Shown one piece after another: positions 1-13,640 of a stretch of 64,000 bases of DNA. The stretch is from Raillietiella orientalis (Eukaryota), in NCBI GenBank assembly GCA_036172245.1, contig JAYWIR010000012.1, positions 3,472,001 through 3,536,000 of the forward strand, given 5' to 3'. The notes below the pieces were generated by a model. It saw only the letters and a list, made by a program, of their open reading frames with translations, ran no database searches and had not been told where the DNA came from. The stretch's first letter is position 1. Every line of letters starts with the position of its first letter. The translations under genes were made by a program, and so were the position numbers.

Positions 1-199
1 CCTTACAGCGGCGGCACCGGGTACCAACTGCCGGGGATCGAAACCCGCCAGGATGACGTCATCTCCGTTCTCCGCGATCGCCTCCCAGCTTTCTCGTGGT
101 GCACCGCCGGGAGCGACTGCACGCGCTTCCCTCTTCCCTTATCCTCCTCCTCCCACGGCGAGGACGAAGAGGGGTCGGTGGGGCGGGTGGGGAAACGAT

Positions 200-3100
200 G
201 CGGCGGCTTCCTGTCAGGCGCTTGAGGTTGCCGGAGGAGGGGATCTCGGGGAACTGCGGAGGGAAGACCTGCCTCCTCTCCTTTCCTCTTACTGAGCACG
301 GAGCTCTGGACTGCCGGATTCCGCATGGCAGTCCAGGACTCCCCATTCTGAACGCTTGTGGGATGAGGAGGGGAGGAACGAAAAAGCAAGGGAGTGTCGA
401 GAGTTCCTCGGGAGCAGGACCCCTGTAACCGCTATCCCGTCCTCCTTGCGCGTCCCTTTCCCTTCTCCCCGCCGACCCTCCCTCCGTCCCGGAAGGGGTT
501 GCTCGAGAAACAGCGAACGAGGAGAAGGAGGAGGAGGAGGAGGAAGAGGGAGGGGATGCGAGGAACGGGACCGAGGGAACGTGCTGGTCCTGTCCCTTTT
601 CCCTTTGCCTGCTATTCCCTTTCCTTAACGCGCAGAGCCCGAGATTTCCCATTGGGAAGGAGTCCCGGACACGCACGCCGATGCCCTCTTCAACGGGACA
701 ACGCGCCCCGGAGGTCGCTCCAGAAATTCATCGGGAAGAGGGGAGCGGGGAGGAGGTGAACCTCCTCGTCGCTCCCTGGGCGCCGGTAGGACGCCCTGCA
801 GTCTCGATCGGAGTGAGAGAGGAGGAGAGGAGAGCGAGACCAAAAGCTAAGGGCGATGACGAGAGAGGACATAGGCGACCAGGAAGGAGGATTCAAGTGA
901 AAGAGGATGAGAGGGAGCAGCAGGGAGACCTTCCTGCGGAAAGAGGAGTGAACATGTATGGTGTCCACTAGGGGATTCCCGGAAAAAGCCCTAGCCCTAG
1001 CTCAGATTTGCCTAGACTCCAACTTCCGGGATGCTCCTCCACCCTCCCACTTCCTTCTTTTTTCTCCCCCGATATCTCCCTCTCCCAGCCTTCCGGTAAT
1101 CCTCGCTGCACAGCCTCTTCTGGAGGCGGGGAACGGAGCGAGAGGTGGGACCCCTCCGCCATTGGGTGAAAACCGGTGTCTCCCTCCCTCGGGAGGAACA
1201 TGCGTGTCCCGGTTGACCTCCCCTGTACCATGAACTTCGGAGGCTGCCGCAAGGCGGGCACAAGATTCACGGGTGGCTCCAAGAAGAGATCTGACCCGCC
1301 TCCTCAAGTCCCACGCGAGCCTCACGAGCGACCGGATATGTGGCGGGAGGGGCAGTAGGGACCGTCCTTCCTCTTCTTTTTCTCTCAGGAAGAGATTCTT
1401 CCGCGGCCTCCCTTTAGGAGGTCGAAGGAGGAAGTGGAGGAGGAAGGTAAGAGGAGGTGGAAGCAGAGAAAAGGAGGAAGAGGAAAAGTAGAAAAGGAGG
1501 AAGGGAGCTTCTCGAATCGTCCGGGCAGCACGCATGGTAACGGAGATCAAAGACAAGGAGCAGCGTTCCCCGGAACCTCGAAAACGAGACAGGGAGGAAA
1601 TGCGGGTGGAGTGTTTCCTGGAAGAGATCTCTTCTCCCTCCCACCCACTGGGAGAACCGGTAAAAGGAGGAGCGGGAGACCAAGGACCCCTCTTGGGGTC
1701 GGACTGAGAAGGAGGCAAGGGACGCCAAAGTTCTGGAAGTCTCCAAGAGACCTGCCGCTCCCTGGATTCCGATGAGAGCCTCTGCTTCGATCGGGGAAAG
1801 GGGAGGGGCCATCCTGACCCCCTCCCGAGGACAGCCTCCTTTCCGCCTCTTGAGAAGCTGCAGCCGAGGGGTCTGCGTCGGCGTCCCGGCAAGCGGGACG
1901 TCCTTTCTGGCTGGCTGCCAGAGCCCGGGATCGGTCTGGCTGGGAACGGGTAGGGACTTCCTAGGGAATCACTCCAGGGATTCCCGGTGACGACCGCCCG
2001 CCTCTCAGGAAGCGAAGAGGGGAAAAAGGAGGAGTAGAGCGCTGGACCAGTGCCTGGGAAGTCCCCCCATCCGCCTCTCCTTCCCCATTTCTCCGCGCGT
2101 TCCCAGGAAAGGCTTCCTTTCCTCCTTCCCCCTCCCCTTCTCCTTTCTGTCAGCCCTTCCCCCCTCTTCAGCAGTAACAAGCGCTTCCAGCAGAGGAAGC
2201 CGGAAGCCCTCCGTTTCCAAGACTACATCCTGTCCCGGATGCTCAATGTGCCCTCACCTGCGGTTGACGAGGAAGCCAAAGGTTGAGAAGGGGGGAACTC
2301 TCGGAGGGGATGGGGGGGGGGAGGAGGGAGACGTCCCCGATACAGTGAGTCCCCTCTGCTTCTGCTGCCCCCCTCTAAGGGGGAGGCGGGAACAAGCGCG
2401 GAGGCAGCCGGAGGCGCCACCCCACTCCTCTCCGGGTCACCCACATTCTTTACGGGTGGGGAGATACCGTGTGCTCAACCGCGCGGGTTGTCGGCTGGTC
2501 CCTCCGGGGCCGCCGGGCAGCGACTGCGGCGCGGTGGCGTCGGAAAAGTGGAGGGACCAACAGAGCCAGAAGACCCATCTGGTGCGCGGTGTACGTAGAG
2601 GAAAGCCTTACTTGGAGAGCAGGGAAGTAGGTAGGTTCCTACAGCTCGTTCCAGCTGTAGGTCCATCCTGGAGCCTTGGACGGCTGCTGGATGACCTTCG
2701 TCGTCGTCATCTTCTTCCTCCTCTTCTTATTCCTCCTCCTCCCTCCCCCTCTTTTCTTCCTTTCTCTCCTTTCCTCCTCCTCCTTTTCCCTCTCTCCTCC
2801 TCCGTTGTGACTCATGGGTCGCGGAACCCAGTCTGGCCGCCGTGAGGCTGCGCCCGCTTTCCCTTCTTCTCCCCCTCTGCTACTTCCCCTCCCCTTTGTA
2901 GGGATCCCGGATCCTGAGGGAACCAGGCGGAGAGGGCGGGGATGCTCCTCGGATGAATCGAAGGAGTGCTCGCGGTCGCGCCTCCCTCCTCCTCCCACAC
3001 TGACTGCTTCCCGCGGCTCGGCGCCCAGGTTCTCGGAAAGGCCGCTCACGACTGCAGGTTTTCCCGGTGAGAGCGAGGGCGGAGGGACAGTGCGACGGCG

Positions 3101-4320
3101 TAGCTCGGCGGCTCCTGGTGGGAGGGGCAGGAAGGTGAGGGTCCCTCACGCGTGCGTGTCGGTAGTCGCGCCGCGCTGATCAAAAGCTTGCACCAGACGG
3201 TCAGCCCGTCCGCCGGCTCAAAGGTCGCGGCACGTCTCGGGTCGAGGAGGTGGCAGGAAGGCAGGCAGGGCACGGTCGCACTGCCGCCGTCAGGAAGGAG
3301 AGGAGGAGGGAGGGAGGGGCAGTAAGTAGATTGTGGCTCCTTCCGGAAGTGCGAGCGCGTGCAACGCATCCCCGACGTCTCCTCAGTTGGCCAGGGTTTC
3401 CTCCGAACGGTCCCACTCGCGGGCGCGAGCGCGTGTGCCACACGCCTCCTCCTCCTCCTAAGCTGGCAACGAAACGAGAGGGGGGAGGAGAGCAGAGGCT
3501 GGAAATCTCGACAGCCGCGCAAGGGGAGAAGGAAGAGAGCCATCGTCCCGTCGGGGACTCCAGGAGGAGAGGCGCAACCCGTCTCTTCCTTGCCTTCGTC
3601 TGCCCGCCGGTGCTGCGCTCCGGCATCCCCGGCCCTACCCTGAAGGGGTGCGCAGCTGTGCCTCTCTTGATCCGTTCCTGGAGGGGGAGGAGGAAGGAGA
3701 TAGAGAAGCGGAGGGAGATCCTTCTTCCCATGATGGCAGCTTCCCGTCTTCTGGGACCAACAAGCCAGTGGCCTGCCCATCCGGTTGGACCACACTTAGG
3801 ATGTTCGCCCTCGTCGATCCTCACCCGCCAAGACATCCCTCTCTTCCTCTGCCGCTTCCCCTGCCAGAAAGAGGATGAGGGGGAGGGTATCCTCCCCGTG
3901 GCTTCAGGAGCCGAGCATGCGACCGGTCCTCGGCTGCGTCAACCGATTCCGGGAAGAGACCCCCGCAGCATCCCGCGGTGACCAGCAACGCCACTCCTCA
4001 CACGAGGGTTGCTGGTCTGCTCGCAAGGCGAATCTCTGCTGGCCGGAGGGGGCGCTCGCTTGTCTTCTCCTGTGGTCGCTCCAGAGCACTGTCATCGTTG
4101 CGGGACGGACCCACATCACGGGTATGGGGCTCGGGAGCCGTAGGGACCAGGAGACCGTCCGGCGCGCAGCCACTCGCCTCTCGAGGGACCATCCGAGGAA
4201 GGCGGAAGTGTCTATCTGCTCGCCGAGGTCCCGCTCCCGCTCCTCCCTTCCGTTCCGGAAGCGACTCCCTTTAATGGAGATCCCGGGATCGAAGGCGCCG
4301 AAGCGAACGAAAGAGCTTTC
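200..4320 (-). mobile_element. Decayed non-LTR retrotransposon (I/Jockey-group-like; ORF1, APE endonuclease and RT remnants)
   Basis: Motifs occur in the expected order on the - strand: ORF1 knuckle-like PSCEEWRCWSPRDAA (~4.0 kb); APE-like STYCPS and LLDPRRAATFEPADG...CPSHQEP (3.1-3.35 kb); RT-like VRPQEGSLVSRSSF (~GVPQGSVLSPxLF, ~1.7 kb); IRSLVRLAWDLRRR (~KFLG..D, ~1.3 kb). Boundaries are approximate. Confidence 0.5.
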
Positions 4321-5399
4321 GTGAAAGAAGACCACAAAGTAAGGAGGAAGGGAGGTGGAAGGATGAATGGGAGGAAGGGAGGAGGAGGAAGAGGAGAAGC
4401 ATGATGGTGATGATGAGGAGGAGGAAGGGGGGAGGAACGGCAGCGGCCTCTTCGGAACGCGACGCCCCCCCTCCCCATCTCCACAAGGACAGCGTACAGC
4501 CTGCATGCACCCGGTGTCTGTGGACTCTCGGCGCAGGCGCAGTGCTCTCGCGAGTCTTCGGTTGGGGCGCCAGTTGGATGGCGCCTCCTTCTGCGGCATC
4601 GCAAGGGGGGCGAAGGAGCTTTCATTCCAGGTCCCGCTCGCAGGCGACAGAAACGTAAGAATGAGGAGGAGGAGAAGAATGAGGAGAGGCGGCAGAGAAG
4701 GGATGATGACACCGCCTTCTTTCGGGAAGAACCACACATCCCAGCCGGCCGCAGCAGAGCGCGGTGGCCTCCGCGCTTCCCGAGAATGACCGAGAGGGAT
4801 GGGGACCGCACGCATCGCGCTCCCCTCCCCATTAGGAATCGGTACGCGGAGCTTCCCTGGTCACAGAGCGCCTCTTTCATTGAGCTGGAGACTGAGACGG
4901 GATTGGGAGGTCGCAGTTTCCGCCCCCGTGCGCCGTCTGGCAGCGGCGTGCTCACGGGGAAACTGAAAGGACCGCAGGGAGCGAGGAGGGAGGGGGAGGT
5001 GCACCCTCGGCCCTTTCCCGGAAGCAGACTGGCCCGAGGATGGCGAATTGGGCGAGTCTCCTCTGCCGGCCTAACGCGTGCGGCGTTCCGCGAGGGAGGC
5101 AGCGAGTGGGGCGGGGTTGAGGGAGGAAAGGGGGGGGGGGGAAGGGAGGGAAGAAGAAGGGAGGGCGAACGACACTCTGCTGGCTTCCTCGCGGATTCTC
5201 GAATGCCCTGGCGATCTCCTGCCGGACCTGAGGCCTCAGTGGGCGGGCGGACGCACCTGGGCGAGCGCTGCTCCGAGCCCCGCTCCGGATCTCTCGCACG
5301 CTCATGCGCCGAACGAGGGGAACCCGCAATCGGAAAGGGAGCGGGGGGAAGAGGGAGGGTGCTGAGGCGGGGAGGGATCTCGCTTGGTCGGGAAGGGAA

Positions 5400-6240
5400 A
5401 AGCAAAAAAAAATCTTTTTTTAAAAAAAATAATAATAGAAACATCGATCGATAAATACGCTGGTTAATAAAAAGAGGAAGGTAAATAGGGAAGTCGGCAA
5501 ACAAAGCGACGGACAAAAACGAACAGATCGATAGGTGAGCGGGTGAACGCTCAAATAAATATAAATAAATAGGGGGGCAAATGAACAGTTCGATCGATAC
5601 GTGCGAGCGAACGCGTCCGCGAGCGTAGACAGACGGATGAATGAGTAAGCACGTCCGTCGTCCTCCTCCGTGCTGCTTTTCTCTCTCTCTCTCTCTCTTT
5701 TCCTTCCTTTTTTTCCCCTTGTTTTTGAGGGAGGGGAAGGGGTGATGGCGCACGCGCGCGCCATCTCGCTCGCTGGCCCGCTCCCCCTCTCGGGCGGTCC
5801 GCATCCGCCGCGCGCGCACTCGCCGCCCGCTCGGGGCAGCGTCGTCATTGATTCAAGCCGCAAGCGGAGGGCCCGCGAGTACCGACGGCGGCGGCAGCAG
5901 CAGCGAGCTGTTGCTACACGCGCGCCCAGCCCGCGTTCCCGGGCTCGCGGAGAGGAGGCGGCCTCCTCCATTCATGCGCGTGCGATGGGAGGAAGGGATG
6001 CGACGTGCGTTCCGCGGACGTCCGGTGCTGCCGCCGCCGCCTCCGCTGTTTTTTTCGCCCCTATCGCGTCACCCCCTCCCTCCCCCCCCCGGACTTCCTT
6101 CCTTCCTCCTCCTGCTCCTCCTCCTCGCGGACGGCAGTTCGCCGCCGCGACTCGCGAGGGAGCCGGTGGCGCGCATGCGCGAGGAGATGGCCAACCCCGC
6201 CGCCGAATGGGAGCTCGGCTCTCCCATCCATTTAGTTAGC
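5400..6240 (+). promoter_or_regulatory. Candidate mAChR-A promoter region
   Basis: An A-rich island (5400-5600), a (CT)n/GAGA run (~5681-5697) and a very CpG-dense segment (5750-6200) lie directly before the Inr-like motif. Confidence 0.3.
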
Positions 6241-6794
6241 CGGGAAAAACAAGAGGCGAGCGAAGTCTTCCCCGTGGCGGATGGTTTTTTTTTTGTTGTT
6301 GTTGTTTGTTTGTTTTTCTCCCCCTCCTCCCCTTCTTTTCTTTTTCCTTTTTTTTTTTTTTTTTTTTTTATTTTTTGTCGTTCTCCCCCGATCGTTCGTC
6401 GAAGTCGCTGCGGCTGCTACCCTGCGCGAGTCGCCGCCGCCGCTTGGCCTCTTCCTCCCCCCTCTTCTCTCCCTCGTTTCACGAGAGATCGACGGACACG
6501 TCTGCCCATCGCCCACCCTCCCCTACCTGTCCCCCACCCCACCCAACCCCGACCCCCTTTTTCTTCACGTAGGAGATGCGCTGCTCCCCTGAGCGAAGTG
6601 CCCTTTCCGTCGCCCATGTGTGTGTGCCGTCCCTCCGAAAGCGGCTGCCGTTCGCCCCTCCCCCCGCCCTCCCCTTCCCCTCACAACCGTTTCGTTTCCC
6701 GGCGGAACCGAAAATCCGGTTTTCGCGATCCCTTCCTCCCCGCGTCACGCCGGAAGGAGAGGGGTGAGGAATGCAGCACCGGAAGAGGATGCTG
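6234..6794 (+). other. Candidate non-coding first exon of mAChR-A
   Basis: An Inr-like TTAGTT at 6232-6237 follows a CpG-dense, TE-free block, and there is a consensus donor CTG|GTGAGT at 6795. A matching strong acceptor (T-rich tract 17601-17655, ttttccag|) ends at 17688, 244 nt upstream of the mAChR ATG. This is inference only. Confidence 0.4.
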
Positions 6795-6849
6795 GTGAGT
6801 AAGAAGCAGCCGTTTCGTTGCTTGTGCGTGCCCTTCTTGCTTGCCCTCG

Positions 6850-8700
6850 GGGTCCTCCGTGGCTCCTGGCCTCCCCGGACAGCAGGCTCCCGCTTCGAAT
6901 TCCGGGAAACCGTGGGGGATCGATCCCGCAACTTCCCCCGCCGAAAGCGGCGGGATCGTTCCCGACTTGCAGTTCCGATGGAGGAAGGGGGGGGGGGGAA
7001 GGGGAGATTCCTGGCCGCGGTCCGGAGGGGGATGAACCGCCCCTTTGCGTTTTGCCCGGAGCGAAGTGGCGAAAACGGGAAAGGAAGGAAAGAGAAGAGG
7101 GGGGCAGACGAGGAGCGCGGTTCCCCGGAGCAGGAGGCAGAGGGAAGGTTCCCCGAACCCGGTGGTCTCCAGCGCTTCAGTCGGCGCTCCCGGACTTCCG
7201 AGAACGCCGGCAGACGGGACGCACGATGAGGCTGCAGCAGCTTTGCCTAGTTCTCCCTTCTGCTGCGGGGGCGGGCGGCAGCTCTCTCTGGCAGCGTCTA
7301 CTCCCCCTCGCCTGCCTCTCACCCCTATTCTCGTCCAGCTGCCGCGCCATCCTCCCCTGCTTTTCCTCCTTCCCCTCCCTTCCTGAGTGGGGCTTCGACT
7401 TTGTTACCCAGGTGGTCCCGGACGATCTCTCCCGCCCCCTACCTCTTGCGCTCCTCCCCACATTGGGCTGGACGGCGCCACGTGCCTCTCTGGCTCGCCG
7501 GCACCGAGGAGGGGATCGGGAAAGAGAGCGCTTCGCGGCGCCGGAAAGGGAGAGGGAGGAGGAGGAAGCGGAAAGCTCACAGCGGGACGTCCTGGGAACC
7601 TTCCCGACTCTCCGGGGAAGGGAGCTCACGTACCTCCTGCGCCGCCGCGTCTTCTGGGACGAAGGGACGAGGGTCGTGAGCCGGAAGCGCTGGAAGCGGA
7701 CAGGGAAGAAGAGAGCGGTAGGGGGAAGGGAGGCTCTATTCAGCTTCCCCTCCTCTGAATTTCCCGAGAGGTCGTGCGCATGTGCGCGGTCGTAAAAACC
7801 CCATCGACGGCGAGGTGACTATGGCCTCCCACCAGTCTCTTCCCCTCCCGCGAAGGAAGCAGGACCCTCTTCCCCGCCAGCGAGCGAGGCGAGGTCCAGA
7901 CTCCTCCATCTCTGGTGGTCATCTCCATCCTCCTTGTGCCCCTTCTTCCCCCTAAGTCCGTTCCCCCCCTCCCCAGAGGGTGCTGCAGGAGAGGGAGGAG
8001 AGGACGAGAAGGAAGTAGAGGTGGGAGGAGAGGGAGGTAAGGGGGTGGCGGCTGCCATTCTCCTCCTCCTCCCGCTCTCTTACCCACCTGTTCGCGCGTT
8101 CCTCCCTTCCCTTCCTGGAGGCCTCCAGGATGTCCCTTGGGAACCAGTGGGGGTGGATGAGGGAGGGAGGAAGACTCTCCTGGAACCGCTTCCCGAAGGC
8201 GGCAGCAGTGGCGGCGGTGCTGGAGGAAGAGGAGGAGGAGGAAGGAAAGCTGTTCTCCCGGACCCCGTTCTCGGCTCGTTTCCGGGACGCGAGATTGGCA
8301 TGATCCCACGAAAAACCCGCGCGGAGGGATTGTTTTCTTCCGTTTCGGGAGTCGCCGCCGCTTCCATTGGCTGCCTCGACCGGGTATCGGATCGCCCGTT
8401 TCGGGGAGAAGCGGGATTGCTTCCAGGAATAGATTCCCGTTGGGCCGCGGAACCTCCTCGACCCCACTCCCTCTCCTCTCCTGCAGCGGAAGCGATCCGT
8501 GAGAGGAGGAAGGGAAGCGCGAGAGAGGGAGTCCAGGGTCTTCTCCAGACCCCCTCGCTCCCGTTCGAACTTCCTCTTTCTGGGTCTTTGGAGAGTCAGT
8601 GGAGTGGGATCCCCACAATCCTGCAAGCACCCGGTCATTCTGGGGGAGAGGGTGGAGACGGGGGCAGGCCGCCCTCCTCCCACAGGTTGCACCTCTTTTT
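6850..8700 (-). mobile_element. Decayed 5'-truncated LINE with RT, RNase H and C-terminal zinc knuckle remnants
   Basis: RT-like PAPVSTLSPRM, LEKTLDSLSR, AIRYP and FSWDHANLASRK (7952..8692). RNase H-like RTSRCELSA and TWVTKSKPHSGREGKEEKQGRMAR (~WVPxHxGIxGNExADxxAK; 7177..7629). Knuckle-like PPLSAGEVAGSIPHGFPEF (~6.9 kb). Confidence 0.5.
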
Positions 8701-9849
8701 TTCTTTTTTTCCCTGAGGAGCTGGGATCGGCCTAGCGGGGGGAGATTCCGCTTGCTACAGCTCCGCCTCCCCTTCCCTCCTCCCCTTCCTTTCCATGCTC
8801 CCTCTCCCTGTCTGTTTCTCTTTGCGCCGTGGTTCCCAGACGCCGCACACCGGCGGTTCCATCGCAGGAGGATCTTCACGCGTATCCACGGGAGGGAGGG
8901 AAAGAGGGAGGGAGGTATCGATCGGCAGCCCTCGGCGCTCTCCTATTCCCCCCCCCCTCCTCCCTTTCCTCCGCGCCGGGCTGTCACTGAAGAGGAAGAG
9001 GAGGGAGGGAGAGGGCGGACGCCGCCGCTGCCGATAAGCAGAGACGGCGGCCGGCCGGCCGGCGGTGGCATGCAAAGAGCGCGTGCGCGAGGAGATCGGC
9101 TCTTCCCCAAACCCTTTTTTCCCCCTGCTGATTTTCCTTTCGGCTCGCCGCTCCGGGACTCTCCCGGCGGTCCACGTGCGCGGGCGAGCCAGCGAGCGCC
9201 TCCTCGCCCGTTCGCGTCCCTTCCGTTCCCTTCTGGTTTCTACCGCCTCCCTTACTAAACAGACGGTGTGTCGCTGTTTCTCTCATTCCTCCTCCCTCCT
9301 TCCTTTGGGGAGCGGACGCCCCGCTCGAGAACCCAGGAATCCCCCTCGTCTATTTTGCTGTGGCGAAAAATTCCGGGAACCCTGGGTAATTTTGGGAACG
9401 GCTCTCGGGACTTATCTCCGTCTGATGGCTTCCCACGGCGGCGGAATAAGCCCCAGAATCTCTCCCTCCCTCCCCTCCTCCCCCTGGACTCGTTCGCTTT
9501 CATTTCCCTGCGCTCCAGCATCGCTCCCTTCCTCCCGATCCTTCTTCATCCAGCAGCCGACCATAAACTTGGTCGGTCGTGCGCAGGTTCGTGGCAGCGA
9601 GCGCCATCGGAAAGGCAGGGGAGAAGACCCCTTCTTGTCCCCATTCTTTTTTTCTGACGGGAGAAGGGAGGAAGGGAAGAAAGAGGATTCCTGGGCTGGG
9701 TTTGCTCAGGCGTGAGAGATACTACGGCAGATGATGAGGGGCCAGCGAGGAGGAAAGGCAGTAGGAGGAAGAGGAAAAGAGGAGGAGGAAGAGGAAGGGA
9801 AGAGCACCTTGAGCCTCATGAGAGGAGGACCTCGAGCTCTGCGGACTGC

Positions 9850-12800
9850 AGAAGACCCCTATCCCCTAGCTAACGCCCCAACCTCCCACCTCTGTGGGAA
9901 GTTGTGGCACTGTCGCGTCCCTCCCCTCTCCCCCACTCTCCTTGGCGAATGCTCTTGCTGCTTCCCATGCAACCCGAAGAGAGTCGGATCGTTGCCGCAG
10001 CAAGAGAAGCTCGGCTGTACTGCTTAAGCAGCGCCCTTCCTGAGGAGCAGAGGATAGCAAAGGAAGAGGGAAAGGCTGAAGGGATAGGGAAGGGGAACGG
10101 CCAGGGACCCTATCCGTGTGGAGCGATGCAGGAGGTGACACTGCGAAGAGTACCCGTGGCAACTGCCTGACCTCCGGTTCCAGCGTTGGTTCGCGAGATG
10201 CTGAGGAAGAAGCGAGAGTCACACTCGCTCACGCGGTCGGCTACCGACGAGTTGGCAGTGGAGGTCGTCACGGGGACCGCCGACGTGTTACTGGGAACCC
10301 AGACTTCCTCCTCCTCCTCCCCCCCCATGCCGCCCCATTCTCCCCTGCCCCTCTCCCACTCTGTTCCGGAGAGCAAACCCTATAAATCCCTTACTCCCTA
10401 TTTTCCTCCGAGAGCCGTCGAAGGAAGGGCCTGACGTCCCGGGAGACCTGTCGGAAGGCGCGCCTTCAAGAGGTCAGCGTTCCCTGGAGCAGCCTGAGAG
10501 TAGGTAGACTCGAGGGACCGCAGCCAAACTCGAGGGCAGTCGCTGTGCAGCCTCTCCAGGAGGAAGGGATCTTCCAGGAATTCCCTCAGGCCTTTCGCCG
10601 CCCCCGTAAGAAGACGACGACCTCCGAGCACCCGAGGATGGCGGCAAGCCCTGTTTGCGTCCCTCAGAGAGAGGCTTGAAGAGGGTGGGGGAATGGGGAC
10701 TCGTACACCACCGATATCGTGTCTTCCCACGCAGCGTGGGGTAGGACTACCCTTGATTCCGCGATCCTTCCCGTAGCGCCGCCCGATCCTTTCAGCGCTT
10801 CGGTCTCCCTTCTCCCGTCTTCCCGATGGAGAAGGAGAGGAGGAGGAGCGCCCTCGCCGCCGCCGCAGGCACGTCAGGACGGCGGAGCTGGTCTCGTTGA
10901 ATGCAAGGGTCGCTGCAAGGTCACCCTGTGCGCGGGAGAGGAGGGAGATCAGCGCGTTTGCCTCCCTCCAGCCTTAGGCCTTCCCCCCCTCCCTCCTGTA
11001 CCCTATTCGAAGACTTTTGGGAAGGAGAGGCGGGAGAGGGAGGCGAGGCGGGTTTCCCGGTTGTCCCTGCGACCTCGGAGCGGTGGCCGGGAGGACGGCT
11101 AACGGTCCGCCGTGCTCCAGCCTGTCCCAGGAACGGGAGGGGAGGGGCTGCGCCCGACAGCGAGGAGGGAAAGAAGGAGGGAAGGAAAGGAAAAGGGTAG
11201 GTGAAAGGAATCACCGCTGTCCGCCTCTCGGAAACGGGGGGGGAGTCATCTGAGGGACCTCTTCCCTCCCTCGGATGTCGGAGCGCCCTCCCTTATGGGG
11301 AACTGGGAGGAAGTAACGCTACAAGAGGCGCCCTTTGCATCCCCCCTTTTCCTTTCCTTTCTCAGCATCCCCTGATGCTCCCTCGGAGGAATGGGGCACC
11401 GCCGCTGCTGTCGTCTTCCGGGAGGGTGGGGTGGGAAGGGAAATGGGGGGGGAAGGCCATTCCGGGCGAGGGTGGGTGGACTGCATGCCCTCGCGCTCGT
11501 GGTTGCTCGCCAGGACCTACGCAGGGCCGTGGATCGCCGAAGGCAGGAGCTTTCTTTGCCTCTCCTCCCACGCACTTCCAGAGAGGTCCCTTGCGCTGTC
11601 CTGGAAGGGTCCTGAGAAGTCCATACAAGGCACAATCCTTTCTTTCTGGGGAGAGGGGTCCCCGGAAACGCGCGTCTTCCCTTCCGACCATCCGCTTGGC
11701 AGGCAACCGCCCATGGGCGCGCTTCGTCGACCTGGCGGGCGGGGTCGTCCCTCGCGTTTTCTTCTTCCCTCTCCCCCCTGTTCTTTCCTGCCCCAGGATG
11801 TGTGCCACCACCTTTGTGCGCTGCTGCAGGTTGCCGGCCGCGACGCGTTCCCTGCGCCAGGTGATCACGCGGGTCTTCCGGGAGGGAAGGGGCTGCCTCC
11901 TGGAGCTTAGGAAGAACGCCCGGGCAGGGCCGCCTTTCCCCTGCGCCCGTCCCTGCGGAGCGCGCGGGTCGTTTCTCCGGATCGAAAGAGCGAAGGGGGT
12001 CTCCGCCTTCCTGCGCCGGATACCCCGGGAGCAAGGGAGCGAAAGGGAACAAGGGCAGTGCGCTGTCGGGCCCCTTGTCTGCAGGACCGAGGGCAAGCTG
12101 CACCTCGCCCCGAACACGTCCTTCTTCACTCCGTGGCTCGGGCTTTCGAGGCGGGGCCGCTGCTCGCGCGGTTCCCCCGGTGCGACTGCGGCTACTCTTC
12201 GGGAGGAGGGGGAGGGGAAGGAGGGAAAATCTTCCGGTCCGGGCTGTCGAGCGCTGGGCTCGCGACTGATCCGCCTCCGCCGGACGTCCCTCCCGAAGGA
12301 TGGGAGCACACGGCCGCTTCCTGGCCGAGTCCCTATCCCGGAAGTTTTCCCTGTCCGTGTGCCTGCCTTCCACAAGGGACCTAAGGGGTCGATCCTTAGA
12401 AGGGTGGACCACCCCTCCTATACCGTCTGCTACACTTTGATCTTAGCCAAAAGGCCGGCCGCGCTGTGGACCGGAATCTCTGGACGTGCGAGGGAGGAGG
12501 AGGAAAGGGAAGGGGGATCTGGGATGCGCAGCTCGAACGAGAGAGGGGCGTTTTTCGAGCTTCCCTACGGGGTGTCCTGTAGGTTCCGCGATCCTTGTCC
12601 GTCCTCACCTTCCTCCCGTCTTCCCCCGTGATAATTTTGCTGAGGCAGTGGTCACATGAGCCTGGAGACTAGGCAGCAGAGTCTTGCGTAGTGACACGTC
12701 CCTCTCTGTGAACCCTTCCCCCCTTGCCTTTCCCCCACACCCGCCCCCTTGGTGGCTATCCCTTCCTCTTCTTCTTCCCGCTGCACCCTCCCCTCCTAGG

Positions 12801-13640
12801 GAAAGGGGGAAGCGTCTGGAGGAGAACGGGGGACAAGAGGGAGGGGAACGTCGAATGCGCGCGCGCACCTCCTCCCTTTCGACGCGAAAGGGCGCATCCC
12901 GATCGCACATTCGCGTGACGGCTGCACCTTCGGCCCGCCGCCCTGGAGTCGGAGCCGTTCGACTTGCTGGCGACGGAAGGTCCCTGGGAACATCCGCGCC
13001 GAAGCGCCTTCGCATCCCCTTGCTCCCTTCCTCTTGGCGGAGTAATGGGAGAAGGAGGGTATCGGGATCGCGTTCGCTTGCTCCCGGGAATGGTGCCCAA
13101 GTCCGAAGGAAATTCTGGTCGACCGACCGGCGGCGTCGCCCAAGAAGAGCAGTCCAGGTGACCCTCCTCCTACCGGTCTCTTTCGATCGGCGGTGGGAGA
13201 GGTCGCCACTTGTGATTTCGAGGGATCGAACCCGTGCGGCACGCCAATGTCGCCAAGGGGAGAAGCTGGGTCGTCCCAGCGGGAGTGGAGCCAACCCACC
13301 TGAGGAGACGTGGGTGGCTGGGACGGACATCACCGGGCGCGCTCAGGATGCGTCGGGAACACTCTGTAATCCTGCAGGCGTGTGACCGGGTGGTGCCTCG
13401 AGGAACCCGGGAAACCGGACCCCGCTCGATTGGAAGGAGGCCGGAGCATGCCCCCGCTGTGGCTGCCGGGTAGCTCCAGCCATCCCCTGGAATCCAGGAA
13501 GAACCTTTTTTCCTTCTCCACCCCCTACCACTATCTCCATCCCGAACCTGGGGGAAGGGGAAGCGGGATGTGGTGGAATGCGGCAAGCGACACCCACTGA
13601 GGCGAAGGGGGGCCACCGACAACGGCGGGGTTCCCAACGC
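9850..13640 (-). mobile_element. Decayed near-full-length ORF2 of an RNase H-containing (I-group) LINE
   Basis: APE-like APGDVRPSHPRLLRW (~GDFNAHHPxW, ~13.3 kb). RT-like CAPILREGRP...RFSLLP, RSFDPEKR, APMGGCLPS and CALYG (11.6-12.4 kb). RNase H-like LHSDCPRVWLRSLES and VWVPSN (10.3-10.6 kb). All are colinear on the - strand. Confidence 0.55.

Noticed and set aside
4786..4900. + strand peptide PIRNRYAEL resembling a LINE ORF1 terminal motif
   Set aside because: A single short motif with no supporting neighbours. It is noted because it would be a counter-example to the strand bias if confirmed.
4212..5819. 535-aa - strand ORF and other 300-550 aa ORFs in the GC-rich block (e.g. 11201..12631, 27289..28725, 41735..43399, 42078..43466)
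   Set aside because: Translations are low-complexity Pro/Arg/Gly/Ser-rich, open in several overlapping frames at once and show no domain structure, as expected from stop-codon scarcity in GC-rich DNA. Some only carry TE motif remnants.
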